A DNA stretch of 61,706 nucleotides, taken from contig JBHPHU010000005.1 of assembly GCA_042571405.1 (NCBI GenBank), positions 1 through 61,706 of the forward strand. The letters run 5' to 3'. The DNA is from Candidatus Omnitrophota bacterium. Lineage in GTDB: Bacteria; Omnitrophota; Gorgyraeia; Gorgyraeales; Gorgyraeaceae. The first letter of the stretch is position 1. Each line of letters opens with the position of its first letter. Below the pieces are notes generated by a model, which did no database searches, was not told the origin of the DNA, and saw only the letters and a program-made list of their open reading frames with translations. This document shows positions 9,525 through 19,255 of this stretch, piece by piece. Made by a program: the position numbers and the translations under genes.

Positions 9525-10909
9525 ATATCTTTACCACTGGATTTTACATAAATAGCCCAATATGGATGCAGGAGTGCATGCTTTCTCTGCGCGGTCTTAA
9601 GTTTAGATTGCTAAGGCAAGGCAAAATGTTTCGCAGGTTGGTATCTGAGCTGGAAAAGAGCCAGTACTATTCGGAGCAGGAGCTGAGGAGTCTGCAGAAT
9701 GAAAAGTTCAGGATCATCATAAAGCATTCATATGAAAACGTCCCGTATTACAGGAGACTTTTTAAGAAACTTAATCTGACGCCGGAGGATTTTAAGGATG
9801 CGTCTGATATCTCCAAGCTTCCCCTGATCAGTAAGTCTGATGTAAAGGGGGATCCAGAGGATTTTCTGGCGAAAAACACAAATAAACTTTTCATGAGGAC
9901 TGTTTTTACGAGCGGGTCAACAGGGTCACCTTTAAAGATCTTTAGAGACATGCATTTGATAAATTTTGAAAATGCCATACTCGCCAGGCAATACAGGTGG
10001 GCAGGATTTAATCCCGGGGATAAAAAAGTAATCATACGTTCCAGCCCAATAGTACCTGCGGGTGTAAAAAAACCGCCTTTCTGGAGGCGTGATGTTTTTC
10101 AGAATAGTTTATGCGCCTCATCATACCATCTTTCAAAAGAGAATATAGATTCTTACGCAAGAGAGATCTTAAGATACAGCTCGGATGCCCTGGAGACAGT
10201 GCCGTCGCAGGCTTATATACTGGCCAAGCTCGCTTTTCTTAAAGGCGCGGAGCTGAATTTTAAACACATATTTACCTCTTCAGAGGTGCTTATGCCTGAA
10301 AAGAAAGTATTTATAGAAAAGCAGTTCAAGGGCAGGGTGTTTGATCATTATGGGACAGCTGAACGTGTTTCTGCTATAGGCATGTGCGAAAAAGGGACTT
10401 ATCACGTGTATTCTGACTATTCCATAACAGAGTTTTTGCCTGTTCCTGGCAGAAAAGGCCAATTCGAGATAGTAGGAAGCACTCTAAACAGTTTTGCGAT
10501 GCCGCTTTTTAGATACAAGACAGGGGATATTGTGACGATGCCTTCCGCTAAAACATGTTCCTGCGGAAGAAATTTTCCGATCATTGGATCAATAGAAGGC
10601 AGAAATACAGACCAGTTTTTCATAACAAAGGACGGCCGCATGATATCACTTTTTTGCTCAATTTTTTCAACGGATCTGAAGGATGTTATTGAGGCGCAGT
10701 TTATCCAGGAAGACCTGGATAAACTTAAAGTAAAACTGGTAGCCGGCGATAGATACGACTCGTCAGACGAAGCTTTAATAAAAACTAATATCAAAAACTA
10801 TCTTGGAAAAAATGTAATAGTAGATATAGAAAAAGTCGATTCTGTGCCAAGGACAAACGGAGGAAAATTCAAACAGTTTATATCAAAGATAAAAGAAAAG
10901 GAGTTTTGA
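9521..10909 (+). CDS. Phenylacetate-CoA ligase-like (CapK family) adenylate-forming enzyme
   Basis: TSGSTGSP, YGTAE, PLFRYKTGD and GKFK motifs. Confidence 0.85.
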   Translation: MNIFTTGFYINSPIWMQECMLSLRGLKFRLLRQGKMFRRLVSELEKSQYYSEQELRSLQNEKFRIIIKHSYENVPYYRRLFKKLNLTPEDFKDASDISKLPLISKSDVKGDPEDFLAKNTNKLFMRTVFTSGSTGSPLKIFRDMHLINFENAILARQYRWAGFNPGDKKVIIRSSPIVPAGVKKPPFWRRDVFQNSLCASSYHLSKENIDSYAREILRYSSDALETVPSQAYILAKLAFLKGAELNFKHIFTSSEVLMPEKKVFIEKQFKGRVFDHYGTAERVSAIGMCEKGTYHVYSDYSITEFLPVPGRKGQFEIVGSTLNSFAMPLFRYKTGDIVTMPSAKTCSCGRNFPIIGSIEGRNTDQFFITKDGRMISLFCSIFSTDLKDVIEAQFIQEDLDKLKVKLVAGDRYDSSDEALIKTNIKNYLGKNVIVDIEKVDSVPRTNGGKFKQFISKIKEKEF

Positions 10910-10910
10910 G

Positions 10911-11990
10911 ATGAAAAAGTTAAATTCCGATCATGAGGCGCTGTTTTACGAGAAGCTGTCGAATAACAGGGTCCAGTGCGGCTTGTGCCCGAGAAGATGT
11001 TTGATAGACGAAGGCGGGAAAGGATTCTGCAAGGTCAGGATGAATAAAAAAGGTACGCTTTACGCCATTAGTTATGGGCGCGCAGTGCATATAGCAGAGG
11101 AGGTCATGGAGACCGAGGCGGTTTTTCATCTTGAGCCCGGAAGCCGCATACTTTCTCTCGGGAATGTAGGCTGTAATCTCTCGTGCCTGTATTGTCAAAA
11201 TTGGAGATTTTCCCAGATAGAACATCTGGATGAAAATGTAATTTTTAGCTATACGCCTGAGCAGGTAGTGAAAACCGCGCTGGAAAAGGGCATCAAGGTG
11301 CTTTCATGGACATATAACGACCCTGTTGTATGGTTTGAATTTGTCATGGATACAGCCAGGCTGGCCAGGAAACACGGCATTAGCAACCTTTTTAAGTCAG
11401 CCATGTTCATAAATCCGGAGCCCCTTGAGAAGTTGATGGATGTGATAGATATTTTTAGTGTTTCAGTAAAAAGTCTGGACCCAAAATTTTACAGAGAGTT
11501 TACCGGGGGCTGGATGGATCCGGTGCTTAGCGCCGTGAAACAGATTTTTAATGCAGGCAGGCATCACATAGAAATAAGCAATCTTGTAGTCACCGGCGCA
11601 AATGACAGTGAAAAGGATTATCTGGAATTTATTAATTGGGTCAAGAAAGACCTTTCCGTGGACATCCCGCTTCATTTTGTGCGTTTTCACCCAAATTATA
11701 AATATACGCACGTGACCCGCCCTTCTATAGAGACTCTTGAGAAGGCGGAAAAATTAGCAAAGGCTGCCGGCATAAAACACTGTTATCTCGGCAATGTATT
11801 TATGCACGAAGACGCTAATACATACTGCAGTAATTGCAAGAACTTACTCGTTGAAAGAAGGGGATTGAACTCAGACGCGGTTGGCTTAAAGGTTTCAAAT
11901 AGTGGTTATATATGCAGTAAATGTAAGTCTGGTACGCCGATAAAGAGGCTAAATGTAAAGGAGGGTACTCATGGGATCGCTAAGGCATAA
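10911..11990 (+). CDS. AmmeMemoRadiSAM-type (AmrS-like) radical SAM enzyme
   Basis: VQCGLCPRRC..G.CKVR N-terminal motif, GCNLSCLYCQNW, TYNDP, PLHFVRFHP and C-terminal CxxC...CxxC. Confidence 0.85.
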   Translation: MKKLNSDHEALFYEKLSNNRVQCGLCPRRCLIDEGGKGFCKVRMNKKGTLYAISYGRAVHIAEEVMETEAVFHLEPGSRILSLGNVGCNLSCLYCQNWRFSQIEHLDENVIFSYTPEQVVKTALEKGIKVLSWTYNDPVVWFEFVMDTARLARKHGISNLFKSAMFINPEPLEKLMDVIDIFSVSVKSLDPKFYREFTGGWMDPVLSAVKQIFNAGRHHIEISNLVVTGANDSEKDYLEFINWVKKDLSVDIPLHFVRFHPNYKYTHVTRPSIETLEKAEKLAKAAGIKHCYLGNVFMHEDANTYCSNCKNLLVERRGLNSDAVGLKVSNSGYICSKCKSGTPIKRLNVKEGTHGIAKA

Positions 11991-12294
11991 ATGGGGCAAG
12001 GATGTATGGTTGTTGCATCTTGAAGCGGACAACAATAACGGAGGCGTTAAATCCATTGTCTATTCTCATGTTACTTATAATGGCAATGGCGGTTTAAATG
12101 GGCCCAAAACCACTGTCTCTGTAAAATCAGGCGAGAGCCGCAGACTGATAGTATCCAAAAACAGCATTGATGAAGTGGGAGTGGATATCGGGTTTGAAAA
12201 AGGGCTTAAAGTAAAGGTCTTCAGGCTTCAGGACAGGGCTTATCTGCCCGGGAATTCTGATATAGTCTTTTCAAGCGAGGGCACATTAAATTGA
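11971..12294 (+). CDS. Hypothetical protein, translationally coupled to the radical SAM gene
   Basis: GGAGG RBS; overlaps both neighbours; beta-rich; ends DRAYLP. Confidence 0.6.
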   Translation: MGSLRHKWGKDVWLLHLEADNNNGGVKSIVYSHVTYNGNGGLNGPKTTVSVKSGESRRLIVSKNSIDEVGVDIGFEKGLKVKVFRLQDRAYLPGNSDIVFSSEGTLN

Positions 12295-14528
12295 AAAAAA
12301 TAACTTTTCTTAATTCAACTTTGAATATTGGCGGGGCTGAAAAGCTAGGCTATGAGATAGCGCAAGGTCTTGATAAGACCAGATTTAGCGTTAAATCAAT
12401 TTGTCTTTATGGGCCGGGTGTTATTGGAGAAAGGCTTGTCTCAGAAGGCATGGTTCTTACACATAGCCTCATGCGCAACAAATACGATTTTTTAGCTATT
12501 TTTAGATTAATAAAGATACTGAGGAAAGAAAAGATAGACGTGCTGCATCTTGAGAGTTCGCCATTGGTTTTATTTTTGGGATTCATATGCGGCAGGATAG
12601 CCAGGATTCCGCGTATTTCTACAACGATCCATACCATGAGAAAACCAGAAGCGTGGAAGAGATATAAATCAGGCATTATAAATAAATTGATATTGCGCAG
12701 GTTAGACAGAATAAGCGTGCCTTCAAAGATTAAATACGATTCCCTTATAAAAGAGTATGGACTTGACCAGAAAAAGCTCGAGCTGATCCAAAACGGCATA
12801 GATATAAAGAAGTTTGACAGGCTGAAAAAGGCCAATGGGTTAAAAAAGGAATTAGGCATCTCGCGCGATAAGAAGATCATAGGTATGGTAGGAAGATTAG
12901 TGAATGAAAAGGCGCATGATGTTTTTCTAAAAGCAGCGGGGTATATTATCGAATCCGAGCCGGATGTAAAATTTTTGATCATAGGAGACGGCAAAGAAAA
13001 GAAGGAACTGAAGGCGTTAGCGGATAACCTGGGCATTTCAAAAGACGTGATATTTTTTGGCAAAGGTACGCAGGATATCCCGGGACTTATTTCTATATTT
13101 GACGTAGCAGTGCTTTCCTCAAGAATGGAATTGTTTCCCCTGGTGTTATTGGAATACATGGCGGCATCCAAACCTATAGTAGCGACAAGGGTAGGCGGAA
13201 ATCCTGAGATCATCACGCATGGCGAGTCAGGGATCATTGTGCCGCCTGAGGATCCAAAGGCCCTTGCGGAGAATGTCATCGCGCTATTAAAGGACAAGGA
13301 CAGGGGCCGCAATATGGCAGCTCTCGCGAGAAAGAGGGTTAAGCAGGAATTTTCTCTGGAGAAGATGATAGAGAGAATGGAGAGATTTTTCCTGAATCCT
13401 TTGCCGGGACCTTTTAAAACTCACATAATCATGGCAGGCCCAGGCCTTTCAGTGAAAGGCGGGATATCATCTTTTGCGAAAAATTATCTGAGCTCACAAT
13501 CGCCGGAAGGCTTGAGAATAACATATCACGCGACAACAATAGACGGCAGTAAAGCGCTCAAGATCTTTTTCTTTGTAAAAAGCCTTTTGACGTTTGTCGC
13601 TAAATTAGTTTTTGACAGGACCATAAAGATAATCCATATCTGCAGCGCCTCAAGAGGCAGTTTTTACAGAAAAGCTATCATATTGATCTTATCCAAGCTT
13701 TTTAAGAAGGCTACTGTATTTCATATACATGGCGGAGGTTTTCATTTGTTCCACAACAGGGGGACTGCCCTAAGAAGATTTTTCGTAAGAAAGATATTGG
13801 CTGTAACTGATTCCATAATAGTCTTGTCAGAGTCATGTCGTTTAGATATTGAAGGGATCACAGAGAATAGAAATATAAAGGTGATACCTAATCCCATAGA
13901 CACATCTGATTTTGTGTCGATCAGAGGCAGTAGAGATCATTCCAATCTGAATGTTTTTACCGCAGGCAGGCTTTACTGGCTCAAAGGCACATATGACATA
14001 TTGGACATAATTCCGCGCGTCTTAAAAGAGGTGCCTGGCGTGAAGTTTTGCTTTGCGGGAGATGGGGACGTGGAAAAGGTCAGGCAGATCGTCAGGGATA
14101 AGGGAATAGAAAAGAACGTATTTTTGCCAGGCTGGCTTGATAAGGATGGATTAGTAAAGAGGCTTCAAGACTCCAGTATATTTTTACTGCCTTCATATAC
14201 CGAAGGGCTTCCCGTGGCTATGCTTGAGGCAATGGCCTCAGGGTTGCCTGTAGTTTCTACAAGAGTAGGCGGTATACCTGAGCTGGTAGAGGATGGCGTG
14301 AATGGATTTTTAGTAGAACCCGGGGAAAAGCAAAAACTGGGGGATAAGATCATAGAGTTACTAAAGGACGCGGATCTAAGGGATAAGATGAGTAAGAATA
14401 ATACGGATAAGATAGATTCACTGTTCAGATTGGACCGTATAGTAGGTAAATTCTACGAAGAATACGACCGCTTGATCAAGCACTTGGTGGGGGGGGGGCC
14501 CCCCGCCACCAAGTGCTTCACCAGGTAA
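12291..14528 (+). CDS. Tandem double GT4 glycosyltransferase
   Basis: Two complete GT-B units: GGAEK...ELFPLVLLEYMA and GGISS...EGLPVAMLEAMASG. Confidence 0.85.
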   Translation: MKKITFLNSTLNIGGAEKLGYEIAQGLDKTRFSVKSICLYGPGVIGERLVSEGMVLTHSLMRNKYDFLAIFRLIKILRKEKIDVLHLESSPLVLFLGFICGRIARIPRISTTIHTMRKPEAWKRYKSGIINKLILRRLDRISVPSKIKYDSLIKEYGLDQKKLELIQNGIDIKKFDRLKKANGLKKELGISRDKKIIGMVGRLVNEKAHDVFLKAAGYIIESEPDVKFLIIGDGKEKKELKALADNLGISKDVIFFGKGTQDIPGLISIFDVAVLSSRMELFPLVLLEYMAASKPIVATRVGGNPEIITHGESGIIVPPEDPKALAENVIALLKDKDRGRNMAALARKRVKQEFSLEKMIERMERFFLNPLPGPFKTHIIMAGPGLSVKGGISSFAKNYLSSQSPEGLRITYHATTIDGSKALKIFFFVKSLLTFVAKLVFDRTIKIIHICSASRGSFYRKAIILILSKLFKKATVFHIHGGGFHLFHNRGTALRRFFVRKILAVTDSIIVLSESCRLDIEGITENRNIKVIPNPIDTSDFVSIRGSRDHSNLNVFTAGRLYWLKGTYDILDIIPRVLKEVPGVKFCFAGDGDVEKVRQIVRDKGIEKNVFLPGWLDKDGLVKRLQDSSIFLLPSYTEGLPVAMLEAMASGLPVVSTRVGGIPELVEDGVNGFLVEPGEKQKLGDKIIELLKDADLRDKMSKNNTDKIDSLFRLDRIVGKFYEEYDRLIKHLVGGGPPATKCFTR
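14478..14518. repeat. 41-bp near-perfect palindrome with a G10/C6 centre
   Basis: AAGCACTTGGTGG ... CCACCAAGTGCTT arms; encodes KHLVGGGPPATKC at the GT C-terminus. Confidence 0.85.
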
Positions 14529-14529
14529 G

Positions 14530-16491
14530 TTGGGATGGTATGTTAAGAGGTTGTCGTGTATGTCTATTCCTGAGGTTATTCACAGGATAGGCAGGATGAT
14601 ACAGGTTGAGGTAAAGAGGTCTTCTGGAGTTAAGGTAAATTTAGACAGGCTTTTGAAGAAGGAGATTACGCCGCGCATATTTTATTTTGAATACGATAAG
14701 GCGGTAATGGAATTTTCAAGGCTTTTCCCTGACAGATTAAAGGATATTGTCAGAGAAGCTGATAAGATTTGCGCTCATAAGTTTAAGATATTTAATTTAG
14801 ATTGGGATGCCGGTAAGGACATAGATTGGCATAAAGATATTTTTACAGGCAAAACATGGCCTTTGGCCTACCATGCGGATATAGATTTTAGAAATGACCA
14901 TGATTCCAAGGAGATACGGTTTATATGGGAATTAAACAGGCACCAGCATCTTGTAACATTGGCCAAGGCATATTTTTTGACAAAGGATGAAAAATATAAA
15001 AAAGAGGCAAAGGACCAGATCTTTTCATGGATAAGGCAGAACCCTCCCTATAAAGGAGTTAACTGGACAAGCGCGCTTGAGTCGAGTTTGAGATTGATAT
15101 CATGGTCCTGGGTTTGTAAGTTTATAGAGCCGGGGGGAGGCAGGTATAAATTTTTTAAATCAGTATATCAACAGGCTGAATTTATAGAGCATAATCTTTC
15201 TAAATATTCATCTGCGAATAATCATCTGATAGGCGAGGCGTGCGGCTTAATAATTACAGCGTTAAGTTTTCCGGAATTTAAGGATTCTGACAGGTGGCTG
15301 GATAAAGGTAAATCTATATTGTTCAGGGAGATACTGGGGCAAGTGCATACTGATGGAGTCGCAAAGGAACAGGCGTTTCATTATCAGGGATTTATTATGG
15401 AATTTTTTACGCTCGCAGTACAGCTCCTGATAAGAAACAATATAGAAATCCCCAAGGAGGTCATGGACAGGTTTTTTTCTATGTCGGAATTTGTGATGAA
15501 TATCATTGATTCTAAAGGCAAGGTACCTCTTGTTGGAGATTCTGACGATGGAAGGGCTGTAAGATTGTCCAGTAGCGAGGACTTCAGCCTGTTTAAATCC
15601 ATTTTGACCAGCGCTTGTATTTTATCTCAGAGGGGTGATTTCAAAAACAAGGGCAGTGCTTTTGGCGAAGAGCATTTTTGGATTTTCGGGGTCAATGGGC
15701 ATAAGGTTTACAGGTCTGTCAGGGTGAAAAAGCCAAAACTGCGTTCAAGACTTTTTGAAAAAGGCGGCTATGCTGTTTTTAGAAATGGCAGAGACGAAGT
15801 TCTTTTGATGGATTGCGGAGAACTGGGTTACAGGTCAATAGCGGCTCATGGCCATGCGGATCTTTTGAGTGTGACGCTGGTTGCCAGCGGCGCAGAGCTC
15901 TTAGTGGATCCTGGAACTTATTTATATCATACGGGAGGCGCGTGGAGGGACTATTTTAGGGGCACAAGGGCCCATAATACAGTTACGCTGGACGATAATA
16001 ATCAGTCAGAGATAACAGGCCCTTTTATGTGGGGCAGAAGGCCTTTACCCAGAATAGAGAAGTGGAAAAGTTCCGAAAACGTGGATTATATATCCGCCGC
16101 GTATAAAAATTCCAAGATCGGACACAGAAGGACCATTTGTTTTGACAAAAAGAAAGGGCTCTGGCGCATAGAGGATTTTTTGAATACATCCGGGCAGAGC
16201 GCGGTAAAGCAGTATTTTCACTTGCATCCGGCAGCAAAGATCAGGCTATTGAATTCCCATGTGATCGAGGTAGAGAATCAAGGGGTATATTTGTACATAA
16301 CATTGGATAGCAGTTTGACAGTTGATATAAAAAAGGGCAGGTTGGATCCTATTCTGGGCTGGAGCTCGGATATATTCGGCACGAAAGTAGAGAGCCCGAC
16401 GCTTGTCAATACAGCTGTTATAAACAGCTCTGGAAAATTCACAACGCTTTTGCGCGTCTCAAATAGAAAGTTATCGAGGGCAGAAATATGA
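14530..16491 (+). CDS. Heparinase II/III-family (alginate-lyase-like) protein
   Basis: WELNRHQHL, NNHLIGE, HGHADLLS, DPGTY and RAHNTV motifs; start uncertain (TTG 14530 or ATG 14560). Confidence 0.85.
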   Translation: MGWYVKRLSCMSIPEVIHRIGRMIQVEVKRSSGVKVNLDRLLKKEITPRIFYFEYDKAVMEFSRLFPDRLKDIVREADKICAHKFKIFNLDWDAGKDIDWHKDIFTGKTWPLAYHADIDFRNDHDSKEIRFIWELNRHQHLVTLAKAYFLTKDEKYKKEAKDQIFSWIRQNPPYKGVNWTSALESSLRLISWSWVCKFIEPGGGRYKFFKSVYQQAEFIEHNLSKYSSANNHLIGEACGLIITALSFPEFKDSDRWLDKGKSILFREILGQVHTDGVAKEQAFHYQGFIMEFFTLAVQLLIRNNIEIPKEVMDRFFSMSEFVMNIIDSKGKVPLVGDSDDGRAVRLSSSEDFSLFKSILTSACILSQRGDFKNKGSAFGEEHFWIFGVNGHKVYRSVRVKKPKLRSRLFEKGGYAVFRNGRDEVLLMDCGELGYRSIAAHGHADLLSVTLVASGAELLVDPGTYLYHTGGAWRDYFRGTRAHNTVTLDDNNQSEITGPFMWGRRPLPRIEKWKSSENVDYISAAYKNSKIGHRRTICFDKKKGLWRIEDFLNTSGQSAVKQYFHLHPAAKIRLLNSHVIEVENQGVYLYITLDSSLTVDIKKGRLDPILGWSSDIFGTKVESPTLVNTAVINSSGKFTTLLRVSNRKLSRAEI

Positions 16492-17762
16492 AGAAAAAAA
16501 AGACTTTAAGCGTATTTGGGCTTGGATATGTAGGCGTGGTCACGGCAGCTTGTCTGGCCGAACAGGGTTATCGTATCATAGGAGTTGATGTCAGCAGGAA
16601 AAAGCTGGACCTTATAAACAAAGGCAAGAGCCCTATTGTTGAGAAAGGCATTGACGGCCTTGTATCTAAGACAGTTAAGGCAAAGAGGTTTTGCGTAACT
16701 GACTCCGCGATGTACGCGGTATCAAATAGCGAAGTTTCAATAGTGTGCGTTGGCACTCCTTCTATGGAAAACGGCGCAATAGAACTTTCGCATCTTAAAA
16801 ATGTCTCAAGAGAGATAGGATATGCCCTAAAGGGACTGCGAAGATATCATATAGTAGTCATAAGAAGCACTATGATGCCGGGCACAACAGAAGAGGTCGT
16901 TATTCCTATTATAGAAAAGGCCTCGTCTAAAAAGGCGTTTAAGGATTTTGGCGTGCTGGTCAATCCTGAATTCATGAGAGAGGGCAATTCCATAGAGGAT
17001 TTTTATGCTCCGGCAAAGGTGATAATAGGGAGCAGGAAAAAGCAGGATGAGAAAATCATGCGCTTGATCTATGATTTTGTTAAAGCGCCTGTTATCTCAA
17101 CAGATTTCAGGACAGCGGAATTTTCAAAATATCTGGACAATGTTTTTCACGGTCTAAAGATCGTATTTGCTAATGAGATCGGGGCTTTTTCCGAGAGATT
17201 CGGCCTGGATGGAAAAAAGGCCATGGAGATACTGTGCATGGATAAAAAGTCAAATATATCAGGCAGGTATCTTCAGCCCGGGTTTGCCTTTGGAGGATCG
17301 TGTCTTCCAAAGGATCTAAAGGCAGTCTTGCATAAGACAAAGACAGGGGAACTGGATCTACCGCTTCTGGAATCTATCATGAGGAGCAATGGCTTGACTA
17401 TCAAGAGGGCATTCGAGGGGATTAAAAAGACAGGCAAGAAAAAGGTCGCGATGCTGGGCCTGAGCTTTAAACCCGGGACAGATGATCTAAGAGAGAGTCA
17501 GATGGTCAGATTGGCGGAGCTTTTAATAGGCAAGGGCTATAAGTTGAAGATATACGATAAAAATGTATCTCTTGCGGCATTGATGGGCGCAAACAAGGCT
17601 TACATAGAAAATGAGATACCGCACATAGCATCACTTTTATGTGGATCCATTGACGAGGTAATAAGGACTTCAGAGGTGATCGTGGTAGGGCATTCCGCGA
17701 AGGAGTTCAGGAAAGCCATAAAGAAAATAAAAAAGAACCAGGTTTTAATAGACCTAACATAA
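16488..17762 (+). CDS. Nucleotide-sugar 6-dehydrogenase, GDP-mannose dehydrogenase (AlgD)-like
   Basis: GLGYVG, NPEFMREG, PGFAFGGSCLPKD and FKPGTDDLRES motifs. Confidence 0.85.
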   Translation: MKKKKTLSVFGLGYVGVVTAACLAEQGYRIIGVDVSRKKLDLINKGKSPIVEKGIDGLVSKTVKAKRFCVTDSAMYAVSNSEVSIVCVGTPSMENGAIELSHLKNVSREIGYALKGLRRYHIVVIRSTMMPGTTEEVVIPIIEKASSKKAFKDFGVLVNPEFMREGNSIEDFYAPAKVIIGSRKKQDEKIMRLIYDFVKAPVISTDFRTAEFSKYLDNVFHGLKIVFANEIGAFSERFGLDGKKAMEILCMDKKSNISGRYLQPGFAFGGSCLPKDLKAVLHKTKTGELDLPLLESIMRSNGLTIKRAFEGIKKTGKKKVAMLGLSFKPGTDDLRESQMVRLAELLIGKGYKLKIYDKNVSLAALMGANKAYIENEIPHIASLLCGSIDEVIRTSEVIVVGHSAKEFRKAIKKIKKNQVLIDLT

Positions 17763-17764
17763 TT

Positions 17765-17819
17765 ACCTCTCCGACCTCGTAGGTCGACCTACGAGGTCGA
17801 CCTACGAGGTCGGAGAGGT
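17765..17819. repeat. Palindrome family A, three 13-bp units (55 bp, 26-bp stem)
   Basis: ACCTCTCC-GACCTCGTAGGTC-GACCTACGAGGTC-GACCTACGAGGTC-GGAGAGGT. Confidence 0.9.
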
Positions 17820-17830
17820 GAAAGAGGGAT

Positions 17831-19255
17831 ATGAAGACAAAGGTCGCGATTTATAAACAGCATAGTTTGCGTTATTCAAACAGGCCGCCGTATTCTCCGC
17901 CGGCAATATTTCCGGAATACCCTTTTGAAGATAAGAGGGTTGACGCAGAGAATGAGGCATATTTTTCGTTAAGGGAGTTATTTAAGATGTTAGATCTTGA
18001 TTCTGAGAATTTTGGAAAAAAGCACTGGAATCCTCTTTCTTTTCTCGTGTCGCCGGGTCAAACAGTGCTTTTGAAGCCAAACCTCATGAGACACTTTGCT
18101 GACAAGGGAGCTACGAATAAGTTGATCACGCATGGCTCTATAATCAGGGCAATCGCGGATTATGTATATATTGCCTTAAAGGGCAAAGGAAGGATTATTA
18201 TTGCTGATGGCCCTATGGACGAGGGAGATTTCGGAAAGATTCGCAGGATCGCGGGCCTGGATAAGATAGAAAGATTCTATAGTGAAAGCGCTGATTTTGA
18301 TATCGAGGTATATGACTTGAGACAGGAACAGGTATTCAAGAAAGGCAATGAGATTATCCGCAGGATAAAACTACCCGGTGATCCTGCAGGCTATACGGCT
18401 GTTGACTTGTCCAAAGAGAGCAAGTTTAAAAACGATTCGCTGGACTATACGACGTTCAAGGGAAGCGAATGCATAAGTTCTATTATGAATGCCCACCACA
18501 ATGATAAGAAGAACGAATATCTTATATCCAATACATTGCTCAATGCAGATGTGGTAATCAACATTCCCAAGCTCAAGACACATAACAAGGCCGGAGTTAC
18601 ACTGGCTCTTAAAAATATGGTAGGCATTACAGGAGATAGAAATTGGCTACCGCATTTTAAATACGTTTCATCAAAATCTCCCTGTACGGACGCGTTGTCC
18701 GGACACCGCGTCCGTACAGGTTATGGACAGCTTACGAAGTTGACCAATAAAGGGGTTATGAAATATCTCAAGGATAAGATAAAAGAAGTGAGAGGCCTAA
18801 GGGATTCTGATATAAAAAAGGGCAACTGGTATGGAAATGATATTATCTGGAGGACGATCTTAGATCTATTACAAATAGTTATGTATGCGGATAAAAAAGG
18901 CAAGGTCCGTGAAAAAGCACAGCGCAAGAGTTTTTTTATTGTGGACGGCATAGTCGGAGGAGAAGGAGATGGCCCTATGAATCCTGATCCAAAGCCGTGC
19001 GGTGTTTTAATCGCTGGTTTTGACGGTCCATGCGTAGATATGGCAGCAGCCAGGCTTATGGGATTCGATCCTATGCGCATCCCGCAATTAAAAAACTCTT
19101 CAAGCAATGATAGCAATAACGTGTACAAGGACATAAAGGCTGTATCTAATTTACGCGATTGGAATGGATTTTTATCTCAGTTTAAAGGCAGGTGCCTGGG
19201 TTTTAAGCCATTTTATGGATGGAGGCATCATATAGAGGTAAGAGATGGCGAGTAA
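17831..19255 (+). CDS. DUF362 domain protein
   Basis: VLLKPN, INIPKLKTH..AGVTLALKNMVG and DGIVGGEGDGP motifs. Confidence 0.85.
   Translation: MKTKVAIYKQHSLRYSNRPPYSPPAIFPEYPFEDKRVDAENEAYFSLRELFKMLDLDSENFGKKHWNPLSFLVSPGQTVLLKPNLMRHFADKGATNKLITHGSIIRAIADYVYIALKGKGRIIIADGPMDEGDFGKIRRIAGLDKIERFYSESADFDIEVYDLRQEQVFKKGNEIIRRIKLPGDPAGYTAVDLSKESKFKNDSLDYTTFKGSECISSIMNAHHNDKKNEYLISNTLLNADVVINIPKLKTHNKAGVTLALKNMVGITGDRNWLPHFKYVSSKSPCTDALSGHRVRTGYGQLTKLTNKGVMKYLKDKIKEVRGLRDSDIKKGNWYGNDIIWRTILDLLQIVMYADKKGKVREKAQRKSFFIVDGIVGGEGDGPMNPDPKPCGVLIAGFDGPCVDMAAARLMGFDPMRIPQLKNSSSNDSNNVYKDIKAVSNLRDWNGFLSQFKGRCLGFKPFYGWRHHIEVRDGE
18681..18720. repeat. Palindrome family B, variant copy, in frame in the DUF362 gene
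   Basis: CCTGTACGGACGCGTTGTCCGGACACCGCGTCCGTACAGG with one mismatched pair. Confidence 0.9.

Noticed and set aside
12407-13312. 301-aa antisense ORF, and similar ones at 25773-26642, 22979-23530, 32164-32682 and 52254-52850
   Set aside because: Shadows of well-supported + strand genes with Ser/Phe/Ile-rich antisense composition and no motifs.
17765-17819. CRISPR array suggested by repeated 13-bp units (also 36162-36214)
   Set aside because: Units are contiguous with no spacers, too short, and no cas genes are present.
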